DNA of 64,000 bases from a virus, in the IMG/VR virus record IMGVR_UViG_3300037010_002425, positions 5,203-69,202 of that record; one strand, 5' to 3'. Position numbers and translations under genes: made by a program. Below, one piece after another: positions 45,236-54,933 of the stretch (positions are counted from its first letter, which is position 1; each line of letters opens with the position of its first letter). The notes beneath the pieces were generated by a model that worked only from the letters and a program-made list of their open reading frames with translations, ran no database searches and had not been told where the DNA came from.

Positions 45236-46023
45236 TAGATGTCTTCTCCATTCTTCGTGACGTTTCGGCCGAGGATAGACGCTTGGTGGCCTGCAGCGTG
45301 CACCCCGTCTTGCCCAACAGTGAGCCCGCCGCCGCCCGGATAGGCGACAGAGAAGCGAGCCCCTTCTTTTAGGGCGACGACGAAGTCACCCTCCGGCTCG
45401 AAGAATTGGGCCCCCTTCGAGCGGATATGCACGCTGCCGTCGGCGTCGATGAGCAGGCAGGTCCCGGTAGGGTGCTGGTACCTGGCGCGCGGCTTCCCCG
45501 CCGATGCGTCAATCTCCAGGATATGCCCGCCTGGGTAGGTGAAGACGTGGTTATCGGGGTACTTGGGCCGCGTCTCCCGCGCTGTGTCTGCCGGAATAGT
45601 GACGCTAATGGCAGGCCCGCGCCCAGCCGAAGCCACCTTGCGCTCTTGCGTCCAGGTCGGCTCCAGCTCCCCGCGGGCTGCGGGCGGTGCTTCCGACGTT
45701 TGCGCGTCCGTGCCGGGTGTCCAGCCTGGCGAGTAGATAGGATTCGTGATGTAGCCGCGCTCGAACATGACAAACACCGCGCTATTAACGGGAGGAACGT
45801 CCGTCGCCGAGCCGCTCATGGGCAGTGCCCAATCGAGCCACGATTCGCCACCGCGGTCTTCCGGGAAGATAGCTGGCACGTAGATGCGGACGCGCCCACG
45901 CTTCTCGGGGTCTTTTACGTCGCGGACGAAGCCGAGTTCGATACCGAAGTATCGGTTGCGCATCTGCTCAACGTGCGGGTCTTGGTACGCCTCAGGGTCG
46001 GAGTTGTGTGCAGTAGCCATCAC
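45235..46023 (-). CDS. Baseplate spike (gp5/gpV OB-fold)
   Basis: DPEKRGRVRIYVP, WA.P, PPV...V.VMFERG..P, GHILEID, H.TGT. Confidence 0.88.
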   Translation of the reverse strand: MMATAHNSDPEAYQDPHVEQMRNRYFGIELGFVRDVKDPEKRGRVRIYVPAIFPEDRGGESWLDWALPMSGSATDVPPVNSAVFVMFERGYITNPIYSPGWTPGTDAQTSEAPPAARGELEPTWTQERKVASAGRGPAISVTIPADTARETRPKYPDNHVFTYPGGHILEIDASAGKPRARYQHPTGTCLLIDADGSVHIRSKGAQFFEPEGDFVVALKEGARFSVAYPGGGGLTVGQDGVHAAGHQASILGRNVTKNGEDI

Positions 46024-47312
46024 TTCGTCTTCTGCGGCAGCGGCCGCGGTGCGGGGGGTTTCGCCTTGGGCGGGATTACGGTCAGCTTACCGGTAGCAGC
46101 CTCAATCTGCATTCGGAACGCGTTGTCTCCCGTCTTCGGCCCGCCGTCCTCCTTATTATTCTTGTTCCCGTTATCGGCAGGCTTTCCCGCACCCGTACTG
46201 TTTCGCTTCCAGGAAACGGTCGTAGCGGCGCCGCTCCCGCTGATCGTGTCGTTAATCTCTTTCGTGTACCACTTCCCGTCGACCTGCTTCTCGATGCCCT
46301 TCCACGTGTAAAGCTCGCCGAGTTGGATAGACGGGGTTAGGGGGTGCGCGGACGACGCCTCGTTGGCACGGTCAAGCATCTGGGACCTGGCCGCTTCGAG
46401 CGTCTTCCTGGCGTTTGCGTTCGACGGCACGGGCCTGTTGACGGAGCGCGCGGCAGCGGGGTTGTTGATGACCTTTGCCTCGAAGCTGTTGCCGTTAACG
46501 ACGCCGCGCGGGCCGAGGTTGGGGCGCGCAGACAGCTGCACAACCTTCTTCGGAACGCCTGTCTCGACGTTCTTTTTCTTGTCGTCTTTCTTCTGGTCGT
46601 TCGCCCCGCTAGCCGAGCTTTTATAGGGCCCCAGGCTTTTAACCTTCGGCTTAAACGAGTTTACGTAGAGCCGTTCGGACGGGTCGTCGTGGTAGATGAA
46701 CGTCCCGACAGGCGGCGAGTCGTATTGCTTCTTTCGGTAGACGAGGCGTGGCGGTGTGCCCTCTACGAGCACCTCGAAGTCGATGAGCATTGCTAGGTCG
46801 CGCAGGTAGCGGATGTCGTTCACGTCCCCAGGCTGTACCCACGCCTTCTTCGGGACGTCGCCAGATTCCTCGATAGTGGCCTGGAATCCGTGAAGCTTCG
46901 CGAGCTGCCGGGCAATCTCCGACGTCGACACCTTGCCCCAGTTTTTGCCCGCCGACGTTTGCGACATATTGAGGGCCATGTCGTAGAGAGTGATTACGAC
47001 GGTCCGGCGGTCGGCGTAGGACGGCTCCACCTCTCGAACGATGCCCGTAATGATGGGGCTCATGTCGTTAAGGTAGCCGTAGCGAAACGTCCACGTGGTG
47101 TTCGGAAACGTGCGCGGGTCGTCGAGTAGCCGACGCGTATCGTTGCGGAACGTGAACTTCGACTCGGCGCTCTTCGCCAGCTCTCGCTTATGCGTGAACG
47201 TGGTGAGCTGACCGAGGAGGTCGGAAGCGTCCTTTCCGTTAATGTTAAGCAAAACAGCCGGCGCAAAGTTGCGCCGGCTCCATCCCCCAGATCCATCTTT
47301 TCTGTCGACCAT
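46020..47312 (-). CDS. Baseplate hub (gpD/gp27-like)
   Basis: FRYGY, SEIARQLA..HG, Q....DI.YLRDLA, G......GKWY; GGAGG before MVDRK. Confidence 0.8.
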   Translation of the reverse strand: MVDRKDGSGGWSRRNFAPAVLLNINGKDASDLLGQLTTFTHKRELAKSAESKFTFRNDTRRLLDDPRTFPNTTWTFRYGYLNDMSPIITGIVREVEPSYADRRTVVITLYDMALNMSQTSAGKNWGKVSTSEIARQLAKLHGFQATIEESGDVPKKAWVQPGDVNDIRYLRDLAMLIDFEVLVEGTPPRLVYRKKQYDSPPVGTFIYHDDPSERLYVNSFKPKVKSLGPYKSSASGANDQKKDDKKKNVETGVPKKVVQLSARPNLGPRGVVNGNSFEAKVINNPAAARSVNRPVPSNANARKTLEAARSQMLDRANEASSAHPLTPSIQLGELYTWKGIEKQVDGKWYTKEINDTISGSGAATTVSWKRNSTGAGKPADNGNKNNKEDGGPKTGDNAFRMQIEAATGKLTVIPPKAKPPAPRPLPQKTK

Positions 47313-47314
47313 GG

Positions 47315-47929
47315 TCAATCCTCCGGCAGGGTGTTGGCAGGGTTGCCAAAGTTGAGACATTCGAAGAAAGCCCTACTCGGCGCCGGACATACAAGCCGCC
47401 GAGGTTCGAGCTTCCGAATAGAGACGCGAGACAGCGCGACGGGGATTCCGGGGGCAGGAACACGCGTCGGGATAACCTCGACGGCCGAGTGTGCCGAGTT
47501 CACGCCCTGCACAACGGCCTCCATTCGCGTTGGCGTCGCCGGGTCGAGGTTTTCGACGACAATCCTATCTCCGACGGCAAAACGCGCAGGATGCGTCACC
47601 GGGATAGAGGAAACGGTCATCCCGCCGACAAGCTCCGCACGGAGCTGCGCTTTGGCTTGGTAGACGATCTTCGTCTGTGGGTCGCGGAATGGGTCCACGA
47701 TGCTGCTGTAGTCAGCGATAATCCACCAGCGCTTGCCGCTCCCAAGGCGTTGCCAGGCAGCCTGGCTCCAGCGAAAGTCGGTGTCTCCGTAGAACTCTTG
47801 GTTATCCGAGTGCTGGGTAGCTGCCAGCGAGGGGCGTAGCGTCAGGTGTTCCGGTTCCACGAGACGGGCGTTTCCGTCGACGATGCGGATAACCTGGCAG
47901 TAGTTAGAGCGACTTTCGGCGGTAATCAC
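47315..47929 (-). CDS. Tail protein X / gp53-like baseplate protein
   Basis: AWQRLGSGKRWWIIADYSSIVDP motif; expected position. Confidence 0.65.
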   Translation of the reverse strand: MITAESRSNYCQVIRIVDGNARLVEPEHLTLRPSLAATQHSDNQEFYGDTDFRWSQAAWQRLGSGKRWWIIADYSSIVDPFRDPQTKIVYQAKAQLRAELVGGMTVSSIPVTHPARFAVGDRIVVENLDPATPTRMEAVVQGVNSAHSAVEVIPTRVPAPGIPVALSRVSIRKLEPRRLVCPAPSRAFFECLNFGNPANTLPED

Positions 47930-48495
47930 AGGCGACCTCCCGAGCGGAAAACGGTGTCACGGAAGATGGTGTTTGTGACGATTCGAGCGAGGCTAACGGT
48001 GACGGTTGCTTTCGTAGGCGCGAGCTTCATCGAGAACTCGGTCACGTTCACGGAGACGTCCGCCGCCGTGCAAAGCTGGCCGCGAACGGCGGTTCCCATC
48101 GAGAAGACGAGCCGAGGAGGGCCGTCGGCACCCGGCAGTCGCGGGTCTTCCGGAAGCGGCAGCGACATTAGAAAGTCAATCTCCGCTTGAAGCGAGAATT
48201 GGCCACCGTCGCCTTCCTGCTGCGCGAGCCCCGCATCCGGGCGAAGGTCGTTAAGCATCTGCCGACCGCGGTTGCGCAGCGCCAGCTCGGCGTCAAGCAT
48301 GAGCGAGAGGCTGATGTCCTTTTCTTTAGAGCTCATCCAGCGGACAAGCTCGTGCGAGGCACCTGGAAGTGCGTCACGAGCGAGGCTCTGCGAGGCGCCG
48401 AGCGTCAGAGACGCCGGGTTAAAGAGGCAGCTGTAGACTTCCCCGGTGCGCACCAGGGCGATTGTTGCGCGGTCTGCTCGGTCTCCGAAAGGCAT
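47926..48495 (-). CDS. Tail tube initiator (CIS tube / gp48-gp54-like)
   Basis: FNPASL, PPRLVFSMG, F...LAP.KATV.V.L motifs after the tape measure. Confidence 0.78.
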   Translation of the reverse strand: MPFGDRADRATIALVRTGEVYSCLFNPASLTLGASQSLARDALPGASHELVRWMSSKEKDISLSLMLDAELALRNRGRQMLNDLRPDAGLAQQEGDGGQFSLQAEIDFLMSLPLPEDPRLPGADGPPRLVFSMGTAVRGQLCTAADVSVNVTEFSMKLAPTKATVTVSLARIVTNTIFRDTVFRSGGRL

Positions 48496-48497
48496 CG

Positions 48498-50945
48498 TTA
48501 TCTCCCTGCAACGCCCATGTTTGCGCTCTGCCCTGCGATTGCGATTTCCTTCCCGTCAACCTGGACGGAGGTCTTATCGATCTTCTTGAGAAGCTCGCCG
48601 AGCAGCCGGTTATTGTCCGCCTGCAGACGAAGCTTTTCGCTGTCGATGGCGTCCCTGTTCTTTTGCACCCCGCCGTAGCTCCGCGCGCTGGCAATCTCAG
48701 AATCCGAAGCGTTGAGGCTCGCAAGCCGCGTGTCGCCCCCCTGCCCGTCCGTTGTGTAGTTGAGCGCCTCGTCGATTCCCATCGTACCTGGGCCGCTAAC
48801 GGCTCGCTTTTTAATTCTTTGCCCGCGGCGGATGCGGGCAGCGTCTTCGTCGTTAAGGTACTTCGAGGGGTCCTTCATGAACTCTTTCCGGCTAACGCCC
48901 ATATTCGGGTCGTAGAGCTGGCCCATGTCGAAGTTGCCGTCTTTATCCTTGTAAGCGTCACCCTCCGAAGAGGCGTCTTTCTCGTCGAGTTCGCCCTTGT
49001 CGTGGAAAAGGGGCGCGGATGCCTTCTTTTTCTTTCCGGAGAGAAGCCCGCCCGTAATCAGGCTGCCCGCCATGTCCGCTACGTCTATGCCCGACTTTCC
49101 GCCTCCCTTAGAACCACCGAAGCGATCAAGAATATGGAACTTTTCTAGAACGGGCTTCATCTTTTCGCTCAACCACGAAAACGCCTCGCCGAGCAGGTGC
49201 ACAATGTTTTTAACGCCGTTAATCCGCTCTTTCACGTGGAAGAACGCCATGCCGACGCGCACAATGGCGGTCGTAGTGCGCGTTACGGCGATGATGTATT
49301 TCGTAACCTCGATTAGAGCCTCGGCCATAGAGTGCGCCGTGTCAGTCCAGTCCTCGGTAGAAGACTCGTTCGCCTTTACAGCGGTGTCGTTCAAACCCAG
49401 GGCGTCGAACAGCTCGTCGAACAGGTCTCCCAGCTCCTCGATCATCGGGATGAACGTCGGCGCGATGGCCTTGTATGCTTCGTCGAGCGTCGTAGAGAAC
49501 TCCTCCCACGCCGCGTTCAGCTTGTAGAAGACAGCTAGAGCGTCTTGAACGAAACCGAGGAGCCCCTGCTCCTGCAGCTTGTCCATCGTTTCGAGGCTCA
49601 TCGTGGCCGCGGTACCGTCGAAGCTAGAAAACAGCTCCGAGAGGGCGCCGAACACGGTTTTGAGCTTCTCGAAGATAGTGATGCTTCCGCCCCATTTGCG
49701 CTCGATAACGTCCGCACCGGCCTTGAACAACAGAACGGTGCCGGCAACGATGGGCGCGAGGACGATCATCACGGGGATTAGCGCCGCCAGGGCGATGCCG
49801 GCGGGAATGAGTACCTCGGAGCCGATAACGGCCAGCTCTGCGCCAAAAGCGCCGAAAGCGGCCGTTGCCGAGATGACGGTTCCGACGACGGTGAGCATTG
49901 CCACGGAAACTAGCGTCAGCCCCATCGCGAGCTTGGGCAGCCACGGTGCCGCAGAGAGAATCTTCGTTACCCACTCTACGCCGCGCGCTGCCAGGCGAAT
50001 GCCAGCAGCCGCGAGGTCGCCCACCATCTTCACGGCCGAGGAGAGGCCGGCCATGATCTCCTTGTTGGAGACGAGGTCGCCGAGCGCGCCAACGAGTTCC
50101 TTCACTCCGCGGGTAGCCGCCTGCAGGCCCTCTTTGCCTGCGCCAGCGCGAAGCTGCTGCAACAGGTCGGGAATCTGCGCGGTAACCTTGTTCCAGTTGT
50201 CCGCCTTCAGGGCGCCGGCGCCGCCGAACGTGGCCCCGAGTTCTTTAACGAGGTAGTTGTACTTGGCCTGCTGGTCAGTGAGGCCATCCATGTCCTTCTT
50301 CCACTTGCCCGTCACGGTCCTGGGCATGTCGAGGGCGTCTGTAATGGATTTCATGTCGCCAGAAACCGCCTCGCGGATGGCAAACATGAAGCCGCCGACG
50401 TCGCGGCCAGAGGCATCTGCGGTGTCTTGGAGGATTTCCAGCGCCCGGACGGTTTCGCCCGTCTTAGAGACGAACTTCTGCGATTCTTCGGTGATACCGC
50501 CGAAGGGGTTAATCTTCATGCGGCCGAGAGAAGAGGCGAGGCCGATAGTGTCCTGGAAGGTAAACGTGAGCTTCGCCGAGTCTTTAAGGACCTGACCGTA
50601 GACGCTCTCCCAGGCGTCTCCGTAGGCGAACTTCAAGTCGGCCTGAGAGTCCTCGAACATCGCCGCGTCTTCGACAATCTTCTCGCCCATGTCATGCATG
50701 GCGCCGGTAATGCGGCCCGTCAGGTTGCCGACCCGCTCCGACAGTCCTTGAAGGCTTTCCGCCATAGAATGCATGTCGGTTTTGGACAGGTTTTCGAGCT
50801 TGTCCTGCAGAGAGCCGAGAGAATAGCCAGCCGCGTATGCCACCTTGCCGGCGGTCTCCCCGAACGACGCGAGCGCCGATTCGATTAGGCCGAGTTTCCG
50901 GTCGGCCCCGCCTGCTACTTCGAATTCCATCTTGTACTTAGACAT
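48498..50945 (-). CDS. Tape measure protein
   Basis: 815-aa helical Ala/Gly/Leu-rich ORF with a hydrophobic middle, ends VQVDGKEIA; follows the chaperone genes. Confidence 0.88.
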   Translation of the reverse strand: MSKYKMEFEVAGGADRKLGLIESALASFGETAGKVAYAAGYSLGSLQDKLENLSKTDMHSMAESLQGLSERVGNLTGRITGAMHDMGEKIVEDAAMFEDSQADLKFAYGDAWESVYGQVLKDSAKLTFTFQDTIGLASSLGRMKINPFGGITEESQKFVSKTGETVRALEILQDTADASGRDVGGFMFAIREAVSGDMKSITDALDMPRTVTGKWKKDMDGLTDQQAKYNYLVKELGATFGGAGALKADNWNKVTAQIPDLLQQLRAGAGKEGLQAATRGVKELVGALGDLVSNKEIMAGLSSAVKMVGDLAAAGIRLAARGVEWVTKILSAAPWLPKLAMGLTLVSVAMLTVVGTVISATAAFGAFGAELAVIGSEVLIPAGIALAALIPVMIVLAPIVAGTVLLFKAGADVIERKWGGSITIFEKLKTVFGALSELFSSFDGTAATMSLETMDKLQEQGLLGFVQDALAVFYKLNAAWEEFSTTLDEAYKAIAPTFIPMIEELGDLFDELFDALGLNDTAVKANESSTEDWTDTAHSMAEALIEVTKYIIAVTRTTTAIVRVGMAFFHVKERINGVKNIVHLLGEAFSWLSEKMKPVLEKFHILDRFGGSKGGGKSGIDVADMAGSLITGGLLSGKKKKASAPLFHDKGELDEKDASSEGDAYKDKDGNFDMGQLYDPNMGVSRKEFMKDPSKYLNDEDAARIRRGQRIKKRAVSGPGTMGIDEALNYTTDGQGGDTRLASLNASDSEIASARSYGGVQKNRDAIDSEKLRLQADNNRLLGELLKKIDKTSVQVDGKEIAIAGQSANMGVAGR

Positions 50946-50958
50946 ACGCGGCTAGCCT

Positions 50959-51147
50959 CTATTTCTGCTGGTTACGGGCTTCTGCCTCCTGGACGTACCA
51001 AAGGCGTTCTTCGACGCTCAGGGCTCGGATTTCTCCTGGGCTCCATCCGTAGGCTTGAGCCAAGAGGATAGTGTGCGCCCAGATTCGCGGGACGGGGTGG
51101 CCGTGCCGGTCAAGAAGGTACCCTTCTCCCGGCCCGGATAGAAAAAA
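50959..51147 (-). CDS. Frameshift extension of the tail assembly chaperone (gpGT/E'-like)
   Basis: -1 frame after slippery T TTT TTC; encodes YGWSPGEIRALSVEERLWYV. Confidence 0.72.
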   Translation of the reverse strand, partial: FFLSGPGEGYLLDRHGHPVPRIWAHTILLAQAYGWSPGEIRALSVEERLWYVQEAEARNQQK

Positions 51148-51902
51148 CTGCGGCCCATGCTGAGAGGGGCAGTCCACTCCTGCTGGCAGCGCGGGCACAC
51201 GTAGTCGACGTGAACGTTGACGCCGTAGATGGGCTCGTCGGCGGCATCTCGGTACTCGGCGCGTTCTGCCCAGGAGAGGCCGTGTTGCTCGTCTTCCAGG
51301 AATTCCGTGAGGCTGGTCGGCTTCTTTCCGTTAATCGACGTGATGTAGAACATCATCAACCGGCTTGCGATCTCGTCGGCGTGGTTCCGGCGAAGTTCGG
51401 CCTCGATGGCCATATCCTTCACGTACGACGGCCGGAAGTTAACGACCTTGCCGGTAGAGAGTTTCGTCGAAAACTCGCGTACGCCCTTCCGGATTTCCGG
51501 GTCGCCGTCGCTGATTTCACACTTCGACAAATCGACGGGGAACATGGGCGCGTTGCGATGCGCCTCGCAGCGCTTGTTCGGGCACGGGCGACGCGTACGA
51601 ACAAGGTCGCCGAGGGTGTGCCGGCGCAGCGCGATTACCGCGAAGAAGTAGTCGGCCTGCAACATCCGCCCGAACAGCGTGTTAGCGCGCTTTTGCGACT
51701 CGGTATCGGGGGTGACCTCCATGCCGTCATAGCCGATGATAGCGCGCTGCAGGAAGGTGTGTTCGAGCCCCTCCCCCATATTGCGGTCATTGGCGAGATA
51801 GTCTTCGTCGCTGCCGTTAAGCTGGCGAATGGTGATCGTTTTCACGACCTGATTGCCGGTGTCCAGGATGCCGTTGGGGAGCGGAAGGGTGACGGTTTTC
51901 AT
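51018..51902 (-). CDS. Tail assembly chaperone
   Basis: LPNG, IRQLNGSDED, two Cys pairs (CPNKRC, CPRC), FF near the end; between tube and tape measure. Confidence 0.78.
   Translation of the reverse strand: MKTVTLPLPNGILDTGNQVVKTITIRQLNGSDEDYLANDRNMGEGLEHTFLQRAIIGYDGMEVTPDTESQKRANTLFGRMLQADYFFAVIALRRHTLGDLVRTRRPCPNKRCEAHRNAPMFPVDLSKCEISDGDPEIRKGVREFSTKLSTGKVVNFRPSYVKDMAIEAELRRNHADEIASRLMMFYITSINGKKPTSLTEFLEDEQHGLSWAERAEYRDAADEPIYGVNVHVDYVCPRCQQEWTAPLSMGRSFFYPGREKGTFLTGTATPSRESGRTLSSWLKPTDGAQEKSEP
51141..51147 (-). promoter_or_regulatory. Programmed -1 frameshift slippery site
   Basis: AGT TTT TTC in the chaperone frame fits X XXY YYZ. Confidence 0.72.
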
Positions 51903-51934
51903 GAGTGTTTCTCTCTTTTTAGATGCTGTTCGAG

Positions 51935-51966
51935 GAAAAGGCCCGGAGCCGTAAAGCTCCGAGCCC
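51935..51966 (-). terminator. Intrinsic terminator after the tail tube gene
   Basis: GGCCCGGAGC / GCTCCGAGCC stem followed by TTTT on the minus strand. Confidence 0.6.
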
Positions 51967-51997
51967 TCTTACACCTAGCACAAGTCCAACTCGCGTT

Positions 51998-52504
51998 TCA
52001 GACGGGCTTAAAGCCCTCGATGACGAGGATCATCTGCTGCATCGAGTTGTTATTCGAGTTGAAGTCCAGCTCGCTAAAGGGCCGGTGGCCCTTCGGCCAG
52101 CACTGGTAGACTTCCCAGCGCTTCGCCTCGGAGCCGTCGTTATTGAGCTGCACGATCGTGACGTCTCGGCGGAACGTCGCGGAGCCCGACGGGCCCTTCT
52201 TGGAGATGTTGAACACCTGGTTGCTCCAGGCGAGGATGTCCTCGTCTCCCGCGCCGGCGGCGAGAATCTGCCCGCGTTCGAGGGTGATGTCCGGGTAGGT
52301 CGTCTTTCCAGGCGCCTTCTGCACGGTGGTGTTGGTGCCGCCCTCGCCGTATTCGATAACCGTAGTATCCGAGGAGAGAGGCGAGCACTTGGCGAAGCCG
52401 AAGCGCGCGAAACCGTCAATCTCCACGAGGAAGTTGAAGGTCTTCAGCGGGTCTTCCGCCATCGTGCGGTTGTTGTGCGTGGTGAGAATGTTCCGAAGGT
52501 TCAT
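51998..52504 (-). CDS. Tail tube protein (T4 gp19-like)
   Basis: DP...FNFLVEIDG, IEY.EGG, K.PG...Y.DITLERG, RRD.TI, W....CWP; AGGAG ribosome binding site. Confidence 0.93.
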   Translation of the reverse strand: MNLRNILTTHNNRTMAEDPLKTFNFLVEIDGFARFGFAKCSPLSSDTTVIEYGEGGTNTTVQKAPGKTTYPDITLERGQILAAGAGDEDILAWSNQVFNISKKGPSGSATFRRDVTIVQLNNDGSEAKRWEVYQCWPKGHRPFSELDFNSNNNSMQQMILVIEGFKPV

Positions 52505-52516
52505 CGTTGGCTCCTA

Positions 52517-54922
52517 TCAGGCCGCCTTCGCGACGGCGGGCGCCACGGAGACGTTGATGTTTTCAGTGGTGTTCGGGACGCTGACGTTAGAGTCGACCTG
52601 CATGATGTTGGCCGAGACAACTTCGTTGCCGTTGTTGTTTTCGTCAACCTGCGTCTGGAAAGCTTCCTCTTCCGACGCGCCAGTGAGGTCCCCGCGCTTC
52701 CACATCGCACGGTAAAACGAATCCACGGAGCGCTTCACGCGAGCGCGGCCCGAGGCGTCGTTAACGAGGAAGAGCGCGAAGCGGAGACCGATGCGGAGGC
52801 TCTCCCGGATGTAGATGTACGTCTGACGCACGTGCATCTGGCCCCAGGTACCCGGCTCACCCGTCCGGCTCCCGCAGATGACGAAGCCGCCGTCTTCGAG
52901 CTTGTCGACGGGGTTAATGTAGGCGTCGTAGAGGTCGTCGCGGTCGTCGTCCTCGATGTCCGGAAGGTACTCGCTGAGCCCGTCGACGGTGGAGAAGCGC
53001 CCGTAGATGTCCCCCGCAGGCGCCTGCTTGAGGCCAGCGTCGGCGAGGGTCTTCACGAAGCGCCCCATCGCCCACCCGTCAATCGGGAAGGTGTTCTGCA
53101 GCCCTGTGGTGACGTCCGTTGCGATCACGTGCTGATGGAACCACCGCGTGAACGACGACGCCCCGACGATTTCCGCCTTGAACGTACGGGTCTGCGCCGG
53201 CGTGTAACCAGGCGGCGAGCTGAGAACGGCCTCGACGGTGGTCCGATCCTCGCAGTAGTTGCGAAGGGCCTTTTTGATAGAGCCCGCCGTGGTGAATCCG
53301 TACACGCCCGGAATGGCCGCGAGCCGCACGTCACGAACCGTGTTCATCGAGTAGATGCCGGTCTTTGCTTCCTTCGTCCCGACGTAATCGGCGTCGACGA
53401 ACACCGTCGCTTCGGTGCCGCCAGTGAGGCTGTCGCCGACGGAGGTATTCGCGACAACGGGGCGAAGGTCTCCGCCGTTAAAGGCGGCACCGATGTCCGA
53501 GAACGCCACAAGCACGTCATCCGCGCCAGTGTTCGTCTGATTAATGACGTAGTTCTTCCCGGCGAGAGCGGACATGCGGAGACCCGACATCGAGGGCCGC
53601 GCCGGCACGCCATCGTCGAAGATGGTGAGCGAAAACGTCTCGACGTAGATTTTCGTCGTCGCGGCAGCAAGAGCTGGCGTGGTGACAGGAGCCGTAAAAA
53701 CGACCTTCGTCCCGCCGCGAATCTCGCTAACGACGCCACGGGCGAGCGAGGCGCCATCCTGCAGACGGAGCGTATCGCCCACCGCGATGCGGGAGATGAT
53801 GCTCGCGCTGAGCCCGTCGAGAGAGGTAATGGTTCCCGCCGAGATAGGCGCCGGAATCGACGAAGCGATAACCGTGTCCTGCGCGGTAGCGAGCACGGAG
53901 TAGCGGTTGCTATCGACGCCAGGCCCGGAAGCCGTCGCCGTGAGCACCGGCACAACGGACGCGCCGTTGGCGGTGTGAACGGCCGTGTCAAAGCCGCTAA
54001 TCTTCGCGACGCCGAGGCCGCTGGTGAGTTGCACCGAGCCCGTTCCCGTCGTAGACGAGGCCCAGGTAACGGCGTGGTTGGCGGTGTCCGGCGTGGTAAC
54101 GCTGCCCGCGAAGGTTGCGTTAAAAAGCCCGGCAAGCTCCGTCTCGGTCACCGCGAGGGAATCGACGACGTTCGAGGCGCCGCCGCTGGTGAAAGCCCCC
54201 GCGGCAAGGCCGAGGGAAGTGAGCACGGTCGCCGAAGTCGCGGCAGCGACGCTACCCGAGGCGCCCGAGCCAGCCTTGTCGGTGCGAATCTTGAGTTGAC
54301 CGGCCGCATCGACAGCCGCGCCGCCCACGATGACAGCGTTGATTGCTGCAAGGTACTTCGCCTGCGTGTTCTCCGTTCCGTCGAACGTGATGACCTGCGC
54401 GACGCCTCCGATAACGAGATCGAGGTGAGACGCAGCAGCCACGGCAGCGTAGGTTGCGCCTGCGCCAGTAACGCTCGCCTGCTTCGCGTTAATGGTGACG
54501 GTGAGGTTAGCCCCCCCGTTTACCTTTCCGACGAAGGTATCCCCGTCTTTCAGCGCAGCAGGGAAGGCGTTCGGGGCGCTCGCGAGTTGCCCGATGGCCG
54601 AGGCCGACTGCGCGTTGAGGACGAGCGAAGCAGCCGTGTTGGAGCCGCCCGACGAGCCGACAATCCGGCAGAAGTAGAGAACGCGGCCACCCTCGGCGAA
54701 GAACGCCTGGACGCTGTTGCCGACGACGGGGTTGGCGGGGTCGGCAGCGCCGAAGATGCGCTTCCACTGCCCGAAGTTTTTGACCTGGATTGCGCGGTTG
54801 GCGGGTCCGCGAAGCGTTCGGCCAGCCATCCACGAGATCCCAAGGGGGGTTCCCGCGATGCGCTGAGTGACGTTCGCCTTCTCGGTTACCTTGACGCGCG
54901 GGCTTCGATTTCCTGTAGCCAT
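52517..54922 (-). CDS. Contractile tail sheath
   Basis: SPRVKVTE, RGP, FFAEGG..Y..R, LAAIPG, APAG, INP, GSRT, W....VR. Confidence 0.93.
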   Translation of the reverse strand: MATGNRSPRVKVTEKANVTQRIAGTPLGISWMAGRTLRGPANRAIQVKNFGQWKRIFGAADPANPVVGNSVQAFFAEGGRVLYFCRIVGSSGGSNTAASLVLNAQSASAIGQLASAPNAFPAALKDGDTFVGKVNGGANLTVTINAKQASVTGAGATYAAVAAASHLDLVIGGVAQVITFDGTENTQAKYLAAINAVIVGGAAVDAAGQLKIRTDKAGSGASGSVAAATSATVLTSLGLAAGAFTSGGASNVVDSLAVTETELAGLFNATFAGSVTTPDTANHAVTWASSTTGTGSVQLTSGLGVAKISGFDTAVHTANGASVVPVLTATASGPGVDSNRYSVLATAQDTVIASSIPAPISAGTITSLDGLSASIISRIAVGDTLRLQDGASLARGVVSEIRGGTKVVFTAPVTTPALAAATTKIYVETFSLTIFDDGVPARPSMSGLRMSALAGKNYVINQTNTGADDVLVAFSDIGAAFNGGDLRPVVANTSVGDSLTGGTEATVFVDADYVGTKEAKTGIYSMNTVRDVRLAAIPGVYGFTTAGSIKKALRNYCEDRTTVEAVLSSPPGYTPAQTRTFKAEIVGASSFTRWFHQHVIATDVTTGLQNTFPIDGWAMGRFVKTLADAGLKQAPAGDIYGRFSTVDGLSEYLPDIEDDDRDDLYDAYINPVDKLEDGGFVICGSRTGEPGTWGQMHVRQTYIYIRESLRIGLRFALFLVNDASGRARVKRSVDSFYRAMWKRGDLTGASEEEAFQTQVDENNNGNEVVSANIMQVDSNVSVPNTTENINVSVAPAVAKAA

Positions 54923-54933
54923 ACGATTCCTCC

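Noticed and set aside
35397-54922. Stand-alone eCIS, tailocin or T6SS locus
   Set aside because: Portal, scaffold, capsid and replication genes are contiguous with it, so it is a phage tail
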